The position numbers and the translations under genes were made by a program. DNA of 48,496 nucleotides from Candidatus Saganbacteria bacterium (lineage in GTDB: Bacteria > Margulisbacteria > WOR-1 > O2-12-FULL-45-9): assembly GCA_013204645.1 (NCBI GenBank), contig JABMSE010000039.1:1-48496 (forward strand), read 5' to 3'. This document shows, piece by piece, positions 34,604 to 44,460 of this stretch (positions are counted from its first letter, which is position 1; every line of letters begins with the position of its first letter). Below the pieces are notes generated by a model, which had not been told where the DNA came from, did not search any database, and worked only from the letters and a program-made list of their open reading frames with translations.

Positions 34604-34864
34604 TTAGCAAATAGGGGGGGACTGCCAACCATTTGCGCCTAAAAACTCTAAGCGTTTTTGAAAAGAAAAGTAGCTGACCTTAACCCCATCAACATCTACT
34701 TCACAATTTTCAAAAACCTTCCCTTCCAAGTTGATATTGGTCGTATAAACCGTGATATCAATCCCCTTTTCTACCAAGGCTTTGTTTAATCCATGGATAA
34801 AAGAGGTGGGACCACCTTGCTGAAAGGCCGGCCAATAACTCGGTGCTATGCATAATATTTTCAT
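34604..34864 (-). pseudogene. Truncated GT4 glycosyltransferase (N-terminal 86 aa only)
   Basis: MKILCIAPSYWPAFQQGGP...LVEKGIDITVYTTN is a GT4 N-terminus. It stops just after a C7 tract, with no room for the remaining ~300 aa before the next gene. Confidence 0.7.
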
Positions 34865-34879
34865 ATACTTAAAGTACGC

Positions 34880-35599
34880 TTACTTTACCAGACGACCAAA
34901 AAGGTTAGCTCTGATGCCTGACAAGCCCTCAAATCTATTAACCACTCTTTCATAAATCATACCAAAGAAAAACAACAAACAATTAAACATAAAATACGAT
35001 GGTTCTTTTTCAACAGGTTGGATTTCAACTAAATTAAAGCCAACTTTATGTGCAATTGTTTTGATTTTTGATAAGCTATTGATTCGGTAAAAAGTTGGAT
35101 AGGTCATCTTATGCGGCCTGGCTGCCAATCCTCGCATACGATCCGCTAATAAAGCATGCAACCAATGCGGGGTGTTCCGGCTAAATAAGGTGACATAATG
35201 ATACATGTTAGGGGTCCTAAAAAAGAATGAACCGCCAGGACGTAAAACCCGGAAAACCTCTCTCAAGAGATATTCTGGATCTTTTAAATGCTCAAATACG
35301 TAATCTGCCCATGCCAGGTCAAAGTAATTATCCGGAAAAGGGAGATTCTTCCCATCAATTATATAGGCCTCATCCAGATCAGAATTTTTTAATACTTCCG
35401 GGTCCACATCAATTCCCACCACCTTCTCTACTTTTCCTCTGAGAGATTTCTCTTTTCTTTCTGATGTCGTCCCGGCACCAACATTGAGAACCTTAAAATC
35501 AAAGCTTAGGCAACTTCCTATCCAATTATAAAAAGCTAATGTTCCATCATAGCTCTTATCAGGATAATATTTGCGCTTCAATTTATTTGTTAAGGACAT
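34880..35599 (-). CDS. Class I SAM-dependent methyltransferase
   Basis: VLNVGAG, LPFPDNYFDL, FEHL.DP, RVLRPGG...TPN. Confidence 0.9.
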   Translation of the reverse strand: MSLTNKLKRKYYPDKSYDGTLAFYNWIGSCLSFDFKVLNVGAGTTSERKEKSLRGKVEKVVGIDVDPEVLKNSDLDEAYIIDGKNLPFPDNYFDLAWADYVFEHLKDPEYLLREVFRVLRPGGSFFFRTPNMYHYVTLFSRNTPHWLHALLADRMRGLAARPHKMTYPTFYRINSLSKIKTIAHKVGFNLVEIQPVEKEPSYFMFNCLLFFFGMIYERVVNRFEGLSGIRANLFGRLVK

Positions 35600-35627
35600 A
35601 TATATTTCGTTGCCCCGGTGAATTCAC

Positions 35628-36923
35628 TTAAGCCTTATGGATCTTTCTATTGATCTTGGCGCTGTTTTTGAAGGCATTTCTTGTGTCAACAATGAGCCTG
35701 GCATGTTTTGTGATAAAATCATAATCATAAATTGAATGATCTGTTGCCAACAATACTAGATCGGTACTTTGAAGGCTTTTCTTGTTTATTGCAATAGAAT
35801 TTTTGTGTTTTTTTGAGCCGGGCAATTTGTATTTTCTAATGTAAGGATCATTATAGGATACTTTTGCACCATTATGTTCTAAAAGCCCGATAAGCTTAAG
35901 GGAGGGGGATTCTCGCATATCATCAATATCCTTCTTATATGCCAGACCCAGGATCAAAACCTTGGATCCCTTTATAGGTTTCCCGACTTTATTTAGCGCG
36001 GAAATTACCTTTTCAACCACAAAATAAGGCATATTAGTATTAATCTCCCCCGCCAGCTCAATAAATTTAGTGGCAAAACCATATTGGCGTGCTTTCCAGG
36101 TAAGATAAAAAGGATCAATAGGAATACAGTGCCCCCCCAAACCCGGGCCCGGATAAAACGCCTGAAAACCAAAAGGCTTTGTCTTGGCTGCAGCAATCAC
36201 TTCCCAGATATCAATATCCATTTTATCAAAAAGGATCTTTAGCTCATTTACTAACGCAATATTAACAGCGCGATAGATATTTTCTAAAAGCTTAGCCGCT
36301 TCTGCTACTTTTGTAGATGAAACTGGAACAGTTTTAACTACAATAGAATCATAAAGCGCTTGGGCAACTTTAAGGCATTTTTTTGTGCAGCCGCCTACGA
36401 CTTTTGGCATAGTTGATGTTGAATGCTTCTTATTCCCCGGATCTTCTCGCTCCGGAGAAAAGGCAAGAAAAAAGTCAGCTCCCACTTTTAATCCGCTTTT
36501 TTCAAGCCTCGGTTTAATCTCTTCATCAGTTGTTCCCGGATAAGTTGTTGATTCAAGAACTATAAGCTGGCCGGCTTTCAGATGCCTGGCAATTGCTTCA
36601 GCTGCATTAATAACATACGAGAGATCCGGCTCCCTGCGCTTGCCAAGCGGGGTGGGAACACAAATAATTATACAATCCATTTTTTTCAGCTGCTCAAAAT
36701 CACTGGTAGGAACTACCCCGACCACAAGCCTATCCGGGATATATTTTATATAGCTCTTTTTCTTTTTAATACAAGCAACCTTTTTCCTGTCAACATCAAA
36801 TCCGGTAACGGAAAAGCCGGCCTTAGCAAATTCAATTGCCAGCGGAAGGCCAACATATCCCAACCCTATGATGCCGATATTAGCTTTTCTTTCTTTTATT
36901 TTATCCAGTATTTTGCGAAACAT
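35628..36923 (-). CDS. UDP-N-acetylhexosamine 6-dehydrogenase (WbpA/TviB/WecC family)
   Basis: GLGYVGLP, CVPTP, ESTTYPGTT, FSPEREDPGN, KLLENIYR.VNI, GPGLGGHCIPIDP, RESP. Confidence 0.93.
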   Translation of the reverse strand: MFRKILDKIKERKANIGIIGLGYVGLPLAIEFAKAGFSVTGFDVDRKKVACIKKKKSYIKYIPDRLVVGVVPTSDFEQLKKMDCIIICVPTPLGKRREPDLSYVINAAEAIARHLKAGQLIVLESTTYPGTTDEEIKPRLEKSGLKVGADFFLAFSPEREDPGNKKHSTSTMPKVVGGCTKKCLKVAQALYDSIVVKTVPVSSTKVAEAAKLLENIYRAVNIALVNELKILFDKMDIDIWEVIAAAKTKPFGFQAFYPGPGLGGHCIPIDPFYLTWKARQYGFATKFIELAGEINTNMPYFVVEKVISALNKVGKPIKGSKVLILGLAYKKDIDDMRESPSLKLIGLLEHNGAKVSYNDPYIRKYKLPGSKKHKNSIAINKKSLQSTDLVLLATDHSIYDYDFITKHARLIVDTRNAFKNSAKINRKIHKA

Positions 36924-36928
36924 GGTAT

Positions 36929-37876
36929 TTATTGTGTTTGTCCCAACGGTTTTTCCAGCTCAGAAACCAAAAATCCTCCCATTTTAAAATGATGGGTTAA
37001 AAATCTATTAACTTTATTGGGAATTATTCCCTGGACGGCTTGTTTAACCGAGCCAGCCGGCAGCAAGAGCAGATCCGCTTTTGGCCCATATACCGACACA
37101 TAGTTAACCTTCAAAAAAGTTCTACAGAAAGAGCCCCATTCATCCCTAGTATAATAGCGTGCAATTGCTCCGTCCGTATAAGACTGAACTGTTTTATGCA
37201 ACGATCCGGTTTTCAGTAACTTCCCGGAAAGAATTCCGCGAAGAATTCCGCACAAATAATAATTCCACCAACCCCGATAATAAACCATTATTACTGCTTT
37301 ACCCCCTGGTCTCAAGACGCGCCCTATTTCTTTTAAAATATGGCTCGTATTTGCCGAATGGTGGATAACCCCCCAGCTCCAAACAAAATCAAAACTATTA
37401 TCATCAAATTTTAAGCTTTCGGCATCCATTTTAGCAATATTAGCCTTAAGCCCAAAAACCCCCATGCGCTTGCTGGTGCTTTCAATTGCATGATCAGTAA
37501 GGTCTATCCCGGTAAAGGTTTTGGCATGGCTTGCTAAAAGTTGGGCATGGCTGCCATTGCCAACCCCTATCTCTAAAACATCTTTATCCTTAAGAGAAGA
37601 AAAATCAATAAACTCATCAAAGGGAATGCTCTTTTTGCCATCCAAAAAATCACTCGCTGCACAAAAAAACCGCTTATCGATTTCCTGATAATACTCTCGG
37701 GTAAATTTTTTAAATGGCAGATCTTTTTCCCAATCATAGGACATGGGATTGTTCTGCCACCAACCATAATTCAGGGATTGCCATTTTTGCTCTTCTTCTT
37801 TTGTTTTGGGCAATTGGGTGGGAACATTTAAATCCTCAACAATATTTCTATCAAATGGTTTGCTTCTACCAAACAT
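36929..37876 (-). CDS. Class I SAM-dependent methyltransferase
   Basis: VLEIGVGNG, GIDLT, DAESLKF.DNSFDFVWSWGVIHH, RVLRPGG. Confidence 0.9.
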   Translation of the reverse strand: MFGRSKPFDRNIVEDLNVPTQLPKTKEEEQKWQSLNYGWWQNNPMSYDWEKDLPFKKFTREYYQEIDKRFFCAASDFLDGKKSIPFDEFIDFSSLKDKDVLEIGVGNGSHAQLLASHAKTFTGIDLTDHAIESTSKRMGVFGLKANIAKMDAESLKFDDNSFDFVWSWGVIHHSANTSHILKEIGRVLRPGGKAVIMVYYRGWWNYYLCGILRGILSGKLLKTGSLHKTVQSYTDGAIARYYTRDEWGSFCRTFLKVNYVSVYGPKADLLLLPAGSVKQAVQGIIPNKVNRFLTHHFKMGGFLVSELEKPLGQTQ

Positions 37877-37919
37877 GAAAGCCTCCTTTAAACTCTTCGT
37901 TTAAAATTTCTCATTAGCC

Positions 37920-38954
37920 TCAGACCCATCTCAATTCTTTATTTATCTGTTTTTTCTCAATAAGATATTTTAGCTGCGATAGTCTGTTGCATTTGCGGCC
38001 GCGAAACATTTCTTCTGTAAAATTAATCTTATTGAAAAAATCAACCAGCTCGTGCCCTCCCCGATCCAGCCCCCACTGTGGCTTATAGTAGTCCTTTAAA
38101 ACAGTTAATATCTTTTTGAATCCGACCTTGTATGTCCTAGCATCTGAACCATGCTCTCCGGTAAAGACCAGGGAGCTCCCAGCCACCGTCTTCTGTGCAG
38201 CTTGGGCCAGGTTACGCACAGTGTAATTACCATCCTTTATTCCCACATTGAACGACTGGTTAGAGACCAGTCCTTTCGGGGCGGAAATGCCAGCTATAAA
38301 AGCGCTGCACACATCCTGAATATGCACAACCGGCCTCCAGGGAGAGCCATCGCTCTTGATCTCGATCTTACCGGTAGTGTAAGCACAGGCAACCAGATTG
38401 TTAAAAACAATATCACAGCGCAGCCGGGGACTGACACCAAATACAGTCGACGGCCTAAAACATACTACGGTAAAATTATCAGACCCTAAATCTTTAAGTC
38501 GGCATTCTGCTTCCCACTTTGTTCGGGCATAGGCTGTAAGAGGATTTTTATCACTTTTATCTTCGTCCAGCTCGTCATCAAGCTCAGAAATTCCGTACAT
38601 GCTTTGCGAAGAAGAATAAATAAAATGGCTAACTCCGCTCTCTTTGGCCAGTCTAGCTAATTTTATAGTAGCTTTACAATTTATTTGTTCGGTTAACGAT
38701 GGATCAAATTCACCTAAAGGATCATTGGAAAGCGCTGCCAGATGAATAATAGCATCAATTCCGGCCAGATCACTCTTTTCAATATCGCGAATATCTTTGA
38801 TCGTCTGGCGTGTAACATTTTTTGTTACTGCCGAAATATCGCATCCCCTATAAAACCCAGTATCAAAACCGACAACCCCATATCCTTTTTCAGCCAGTCT
38901 CTTAGTTAAAACCAGGCCTATATAGCCAAGATTCCCCGTCACTAAAACATTCAT
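37920..38954 (-). CDS. NAD-dependent epimerase/dehydratase (extended SDR)
   Basis: VTGNLGYIG, HLAALSNDP, SSSQSMYG, YARTK, SDGSPWRP. Confidence 0.92.
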   Translation of the reverse strand: MNVLVTGNLGYIGLVLTKRLAEKGYGVVGFDTGFYRGCDISAVTKNVTRQTIKDIRDIEKSDLAGIDAIIHLAALSNDPLGEFDPSLTEQINCKATIKLARLAKESGVSHFIYSSSQSMYGISELDDELDEDKSDKNPLTAYARTKWEAECRLKDLGSDNFTVVCFRPSTVFGVSPRLRCDIVFNNLVACAYTTGKIEIKSDGSPWRPVVHIQDVCSAFIAGISAPKGLVSNQSFNVGIKDGNYTVRNLAQAAQKTVAGSSLVFTGEHGSDARTYKVGFKKILTVLKDYYKPQWGLDRGGHELVDFFNKINFTEEMFRGRKCNRLSQLKYLIEKKQINKELRWV

Positions 38955-40150
38955 TCTATTTTTTCTCCCAAGATTTTTGTCACAGCATCCCGCAAATTTT
39001 GTTCTCCTGAAACATGCATATATTTGCAGCCTGCGGCTTTCGCAGCCTGTTCATCGCGCTCATCATCACCAACAAAATAAGTACGTGACAAATCCAGATA
39101 CAAGTCCCGTTGTGCCGCAAAGAACATCCCTGGCAGTGGCTTGCGACACTGGCAGCCATCATCCCAGTGATGGGGACAATGATAAATAGCATCAATCTTT
39201 CCTCCGGCAGATTCCATATCCTTTTTCATTTGTTCATGAAGAATATGCAGATCGCTTTCGCTCATCATGCCCCTGGTTATTCCTGCCTGGTTGGTCACAA
39301 TAATCACTCTGTAGCCAGCTTGGGTAAGCATTGCAATTGCCTCTTTGCTTCCGGGAAGCCATTTGAACTCATCCCAGGTCTTAACATACTGGGCTTTAGG
39401 GGCTTTTTTGTTAAGGACACCGTCCCGGTCAAGAATAATTGACGGTTTAAACCGCAAAAATTCTTTTGTCATTTCCAAACGATCAAACGACCCCACGCTG
39501 TAGTAGCGATGATCAGAAACATAGGCAGCTAATTGTTTTTCCTCTGCCAGACGCGGATAGACCATGGTTTCAAATAAAATATTTTCCTCGGGTAAAAGGT
39601 CCAGCACTGACTTATCAATGATCGCGTAACAAATATCCACTCCCTGCAAATCTTTAGCGGTACGAGTTTTATCGTACTTAATAATAAACCCATTATCATC
39701 TACGATCACATTATCTTTAGTATATTTGTCCTTATTAGAATAAACCGTGAGCTGGGCTTTTACTTTCTTTTTCTTGTAATGTTGCCACATATCCTCTAGA
39801 TTAAGCGGCCAGTAATTGTCACAATACATCAGCAGAAAACAAGGATCAATCTTTTTCGCGGCAAGTCTGATACGCGTGCCAGTATCATTTTCCTCGTCAG
39901 TAACAGAATATTCTATTTCTATACCAAATTTTTTGCCGTCGCCAAAATAATCCTTTACCACGTCAGGAAGATATCCAAGCAAAAGCAAAACCTTTTGAAT
40001 TCCCTGATCACGCAAACTCTCAATAAGATATTCCAAAAAGGGCTTCCCATGGAATTCGATCATGGGTTTTGGCCTAGTATCGGTAAGCGGCTTAAGGCGC
40101 GTGCCTCGACCACCAGCCAGAATGACAGCTTGCTTAAGATAGTTTTTCAT
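38951..40150 (-). CDS. Fused nucleotidyltransferase (HddC-like) / heptose-bisphosphate phosphatase (GmhB-like, HAD-IIIA)
   Basis: N-half LAGGRGTRL.PLT...PKPM; C-half LDRDGVLN, VTNQAG, YHCPH..C.CRKP.PGM, VGD..RD. Confidence 0.9.
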   Translation of the reverse strand: MKNYLKQAVILAGGRGTRLKPLTDTRPKPMIEFHGKPFLEYLIESLRDQGIQKVLLLLGYLPDVVKDYFGDGKKFGIEIEYSVTDEENDTGTRIRLAAKKIDPCFLLMYCDNYWPLNLEDMWQHYKKKKVKAQLTVYSNKDKYTKDNVIVDDNGFIIKYDKTRTAKDLQGVDICYAIIDKSVLDLLPEENILFETMVYPRLAEEKQLAAYVSDHRYYSVGSFDRLEMTKEFLRFKPSIILDRDGVLNKKAPKAQYVKTWDEFKWLPGSKEAIAMLTQAGYRVIIVTNQAGITRGMMSESDLHILHEQMKKDMESAGGKIDAIYHCPHHWDDGCQCRKPLPGMFFAAQRDLYLDLSRTYFVGDDERDEQAAKAAGCKYMHVSGEQNLRDAVTKILGEKIE

Positions 40151-40170
40151 ATTTTAAAACCTTATCCTGC

Positions 40171-41373
40171 CTAAATCAAATTTATCGGCAATACAATTTG
40201 TTTTGGGGCCAGTTGGTCCAGGCTGCGCAAAATCGATCGAGCAAAATTCAATCCGGTAACAACCACGGTAGAATTTTTGAAATCCTTAATTTTGGAAGGA
40301 TGTTTAATGCTAACTGGCAAATTCAAATAATAGAGTCCATCTTTTTCATTGTTTTCATCTGCTATGCACCTAAAAGAAGAGAAATCACTTTTTAAATGGT
40401 AACCTAAAATAGGAAGCAGGCTTCCGGCCCCATATCCATAAATTATTTCTCCATTTAAAGACTTAAGTAATTTGGTCGTGCTTTCCATCATCTTCTTAAA
40501 TACCCTATATTTATTTATTATTTCCTCAAGGGTTATCTTTTGTGGCATCGATTTCTCTTTTTTTTGATCGCTCTTCTTAAAAGCAACCATCATAGATCCC
40601 CAATAATAATCATTCATTTCAAAATTGATCAGTTCACAGTTTAACTCTCTTAACAAGTAAGTAAATGAGCGTAAGGAAAAATAATGGAGATGGTGATGGA
40701 AAATCAGATCGAATCTATAATTCTCTATCAATCTATCAAATCCTGGAAACTGAAATACAAATAATGTGTTGCTATCCACGCTGGCAAGTATTTTGCCCAA
40801 AAAAGCTTTGGGATCAACTATATGTTCTAAGACGTGGCTACTTAGTACAAGGGTGTTTCCCGCTTTTTTATATAAATTAGAATCAACATTCTCAAAAAAA
40901 TCGCCTATGATCTTAATTTTGTCCGAAGACAATTCCTGCTCCTTCCCCTTCAATATAGGATCAATCCCCAAAAGATGATCGGCCTTATCAGCTAATCGAT
41001 CTAACAAATAAAGATCATTACAACCTAGTTCAATAATGTTTTTATATCTATCGTTACCTGTTACTCTGTGAATAAAATCTAAGAACAAATCATTGCTCTT
41101 TGGGCTCATGCTTTTAGATGTCCTAAATGAATAATCGCTTCCATACAAAACTTCTGGATCAACCACATTAGATAATTGGGCATGTCCACATTCATCACAA
41201 ACATGAAAAGATTGGTCAATTAAGCCTAATCCTCCCTCTACTTTTTCCTTTACAAAAACATCCGTCAGCGGTAAAGATGGCAGTTCAATTATTGGATCGG
41301 CTAGCGTTTTTTCACACAGCGCACACTTGGTCTTAGTTTTATAGGAAACATTTCTAAATATATCTAGATTCAT
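40171..41373 (-). CDS. NDP-sugar C-methyltransferase family protein
   Basis: N-terminal CALC...C..CGHAQL zinc site, ELGCND, SHVLEHI, FD.IFH.HL.YFS, GYGA. Start set at ATG 41373, just after the upstream stop; the ORF track gives 41397. Confidence 0.82.
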   Translation of the reverse strand: MNLDIFRNVSYKTKTKCALCEKTLADPIIELPSLPLTDVFVKEKVEGGLGLIDQSFHVCDECGHAQLSNVVDPEVLYGSDYSFRTSKSMSPKSNDLFLDFIHRVTGNDRYKNIIELGCNDLYLLDRLADKADHLLGIDPILKGKEQELSSDKIKIIGDFFENVDSNLYKKAGNTLVLSSHVLEHIVDPKAFLGKILASVDSNTLFVFQFPGFDRLIENYRFDLIFHHHLHYFSLRSFTYLLRELNCELINFEMNDYYWGSMMVAFKKSDQKKEKSMPQKITLEEIINKYRVFKKMMESTTKLLKSLNGEIIYGYGAGSLLPILGYHLKSDFSSFRCIADENNEKDGLYYLNLPVSIKHPSKIKDFKNSTVVVTGLNFARSILRSLDQLAPKQIVLPINLI

Positions 41374-41375
41374 TA

Positions 41376-41825
41376 TTACCCGTGCTTTATACCCCAATCA
41401 TAAGGGATATCTTTACTAAAAGGGGGAAGATAAATCATTTCATCTTTGCGATGAGGTTCTGTAGCGCAATTTGCCAGGATGACCATTTTATCTCCGTAGG
41501 CTTTATATCCATTGACGATGCCAGGGGGAATCTGAACTAGACAATAATTATCTTCTCCAATAAACAGCTCCATTAATTCTCCCCTCGTTTTAGAACCTTC
41601 ACGCCTGTCATAAAGCACCAATTTTACTCGGCCAGAAAGCACCGCATTATTTAGAGTCATGGTTTTATGAATATGCCAAGCCTTAATTGTCCCAGGCCAG
41701 GCACAAGAAAAATAAATCTCTCCAAACTCAATAAAATGGGGATCAGTTCTTTTTAACATGTGCATAATTTTACCGCGCTCATCAGCAATCTGGCGCAAAG
41801 GAACAACCTTAACTCCATCAATCAT
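41376..41825 (-). CDS. RmlC-like cupin (NDP-4-keto-sugar 3,5-epimerase family)
   Basis: DERG, KAWHIH, VLYDRRE.S.T, QIPPGIVNGY. Confidence 0.85.
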   Translation of the reverse strand: MIDGVKVVPLRQIADERGKIMHMLKRTDPHFIEFGEIYFSCAWPGTIKAWHIHKTMTLNNAVLSGRVKLVLYDRREGSKTRGELMELFIGEDNYCLVQIPPGIVNGYKAYGDKMVILANCATEPHRKDEMIYLPPFSKDIPYDWGIKHG

Positions 41826-42691
41826 AATTTTATCTCCTCCCCAACATATTTTCTGACTGCCTCACGCCAATCAGGCATTGGCCTAGTTAAAACTTTATTT
41901 AATTTGCTATTATCAAGAATTTCACAATCAGGTACAGGTGATTTACGAGAAAAAGCACTTGAATCAACCTCTAAAACTTTAGTGGGCAAACCAGCTGCTT
42001 CTACAATACAGCGCACATAGTCAGCCCGGGACCCACTGCCAGTATTAGCCAAATTAAATACACCTCGCAGCCCCGAGCTCAACATTAGTTGCATAACAGC
42101 AGCTGCTGCATTACCCGTCCAAGTAGGAGAGCCAAATTTGTCGCTGGCACTTTGCATAACTGGCTTTTTTTGCGCTTCACGGACACGGGCCGCAACAAAG
42201 TTTTTTTTATGGTTAACGGTTGCCCCATACATCCAACCCGGGCGAACTATAATACTCTGATCATAAGCCTCCTGAGCAGCCAGCTCACCTTCATACTTAG
42301 TTCTGGCATAAACAGTTTTAAGAACCACCGGATCGGTCTCTCTATAGGCTTTTTTTTCGTCACCAAAAAGACCACAACTGCTTAAATGGACAAACCGGGC
42401 CTTAACCTTTTTGCAGGCAGCAGCCAAATTAGCCACAGCCTTAACATTAATCCGTTCAGCCATTTCAGGATCATCCTCGCAAGGATCAACTAAGGGCCCA
42501 ACAGTATTAATAACACCAAACGGCTTAAGGGAGCTAACACAATCACAAACTGCTAAATGATTAGTAATATCAAGTCGAGGCAAATCAAAAGGGACCGGTT
42601 CAAAAGACTCATTAGCAGAAATGATACGACACATATCATAAGCAAACATTCCTGCCCCACCCATAATTAAAACCTTCTTCTTAGCTGCCAT
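41822..42691 (-). CDS. RmlD-like NDP-4-keto-sugar reductase
   Basis: GGAGM, LDIT, VDPCE..P..A..IN, YARTK..GE, D.FGSPT. Confidence 0.85.
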   Translation of the reverse strand: MAAKKKVLIMGGAGMFAYDMCRIISANESFEPVPFDLPRLDITNHLAVCDCVSSLKPFGVINTVGPLVDPCEDDPEMAERINVKAVANLAAACKKVKARFVHLSSCGLFGDEKKAYRETDPVVLKTVYARTKYEGELAAQEAYDQSIIVRPGWMYGATVNHKKNFVAARVREAQKKPVMQSASDKFGSPTWTGNAAAAVMQLMLSSGLRGVFNLANTGSGSRADYVRCIVEAAGLPTKVLEVDSSAFSRKSPVPDCEILDNSKLNKVLTRPMPDWREAVRKYVGEEIKL

Positions 42692-43451
42692 CTCTGCTCT
42701 TTTTCTTGTTCGCTATGAAGCTATTTCGCCAAGAACCTTCTTTCTGATACTGGGTTAAAGTCCAATCCGGATTAAACTTAAGCCATTCACTACAGGCTCT
42801 TTGCTCTCCCAGGCTCGGATCTCCCTTGTAACAATACCAATCGTCAAAAATGATCACGGTTCCATCCACCAACAGAGGGGTTACAAACGCTAAAACCTGC
42901 TTTGCAGATTCATATAAATCACAATCTATGTGTACAATAGAAGCCTTTTTTATATTGTGCTTTTTTACTAGATTAGCGTTAAGAGTGTCTTTAAACCAAC
43001 CTGGTACAATTACTGTTCGATTTTGAAGTATACCCTGTCGTGCTATATTTTTTTTAAAATCTTCTTGTGAATGAGAAAATTTTCCTTCAACGAAATCATG
43101 CGAAAGACAATCTACTCCTGTAGGTTTCGGAAGACCTTGAAAAGAATCAAAAGCAAAGAACCTCATTTTTCTCCACGATTTACTTCTTTCAATACAATCT
43201 TGTTCTGTATTCCAAAAACTCGGCGTATACGCGTTATGAAAAGCTTCTTCGAGGGCTCTAAATGCAGAAATAAACGTACTACCACTAGCTGATCCAAATT
43301 CTAAGTAATCGCCCTCTATCATATTTGATGCAACAAAAGCTGCAGCTTTATAAATTATACTGTTTTGAGGCGGTGGTATAATAAATCTACCCATTTTCGA
43401 CCTTATAGGATCAATCATTCTTTTCAATGCCTTCTTTACTTTGGTCTTCAC
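42681..43451 (-). CDS. TylF/MycF/NovP-family O-methyltransferase
   Basis: GDYLEFG, FDSFQGLP, GWFKDTL, HIDCDLYES, IFDDW, GEQRA. Confidence 0.9.
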   Translation of the reverse strand: MKTKVKKALKRMIDPIRSKMGRFIIPPPQNSIIYKAAAFVASNMIEGDYLEFGSASGSTFISAFRALEEAFHNAYTPSFWNTEQDCIERSKSWRKMRFFAFDSFQGLPKPTGVDCLSHDFVEGKFSHSQEDFKKNIARQGILQNRTVIVPGWFKDTLNANLVKKHNIKKASIVHIDCDLYESAKQVLAFVTPLLVDGTVIIFDDWYCYKGDPSLGEQRACSEWLKFNPDWTLTQYQKEGSWRNSFIANKKKSRDGS

Positions 43452-43467
43452 ATTACATCCTCCTTAA

Positions 43468-44460
43468 TTAAAATACGCTCTGGTCATAATAAGTGATACG
43501 CGTGCCATTTGCATCAAAGGCAAAAGGCATCTCATAAAGATCAGAGAGACTTTGTCTCACCGCTTCTTGGTTTTGCGGTTCAACATAAAAAAGAAAAAAA
43601 CCTCCACCACCTGCGCCCAAAAGCTTACCCCCCACCGCTCCCGCTTTTCTTGCTTTTTCATAATATCCATCTATTTTCGAAGAAGAAATAACATGCGCTA
43701 TGCTCCGTTTCAACGTCCAAGCCTCATGGAGGAGCTTCCCGAATCTGTGCGGGTTCTTGCCCGATGAGATGACCTCACGCAGCGGTCCTACCAGATTTTT
43801 CATCTGCCTAAGCACATCCATTTTATCTGGCGTATTTTTCTTTTGGACACCCAATACTTCACTGGCATCTCGCTTTAGACCAGTATAAAAAAGCATTAAA
43901 TTTTTCTCCAATTGCGCTTTAACCTGTGGATTATAAAAAACAGCTTCGCCCGAAACTCTGCCATCGGTGTGAAATGTGAAAACATTGAAATCTCCGTATG
44001 AGGCAGCATAATGATCCTGAGCCCCCATAGTACGTCCCAAGATATCAACTTCAATTTTTGCAGCTAATGAAGCCAATGTTCCCTTGGTTACCATTTGGCC
44101 CAACAAGGCAAACAAAGCGTGTAAAAGACCCACGGCAAAACAGCTAGAAGACCCAAGGCCCGTACTAGCTGGCACATCAGAAAAAGTAGAAATTTCTATC
44201 GGAAAATCAATTTTAAGAAGTTTCAAGGCTTCGCGTACTATGGGATGCTGGATTTCTTCTACATCATTACACAATTCTACCTGGCTCCAATTGATACGGA
44301 ATTTATGTTCCACAATACCCATTTGTCTTTTAACTGCTACATAGAGATATTTATCTATGGTTGTACTAAGAACCTGCCCCTCTTCTACTGAATAAAACGA
44401 TCTTAAATCGGTTCCTCCGCCAACAAAACTAATACGAAAAGGTGTGCGAGATATAATCAT
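43468..44460 (-). CDS. hddA: D-glycero-D-manno-heptose 7-phosphate kinase-like GHMP kinase
   Basis: SRTPFRISFVGGGTD, DVPASTGLGSSS, G.QDHYAA.YG, GGKLLGAGGGGF. Confidence 0.85.
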   Translation of the reverse strand: MIISRTPFRISFVGGGTDLRSFYSVEEGQVLSTTIDKYLYVAVKRQMGIVEHKFRINWSQVELCNDVEEIQHPIVREALKLLKIDFPIEISTFSDVPASTGLGSSSCFAVGLLHALFALLGQMVTKGTLASLAAKIEVDILGRTMGAQDHYAASYGDFNVFTFHTDGRVSGEAVFYNPQVKAQLEKNLMLFYTGLKRDASEVLGVQKKNTPDKMDVLRQMKNLVGPLREVISSGKNPHRFGKLLHEAWTLKRSIAHVISSSKIDGYYEKARKAGAVGGKLLGAGGGGFFLFYVEPQNQEAVRQSLSDLYEMPFAFDANGTRITYYDQSVF

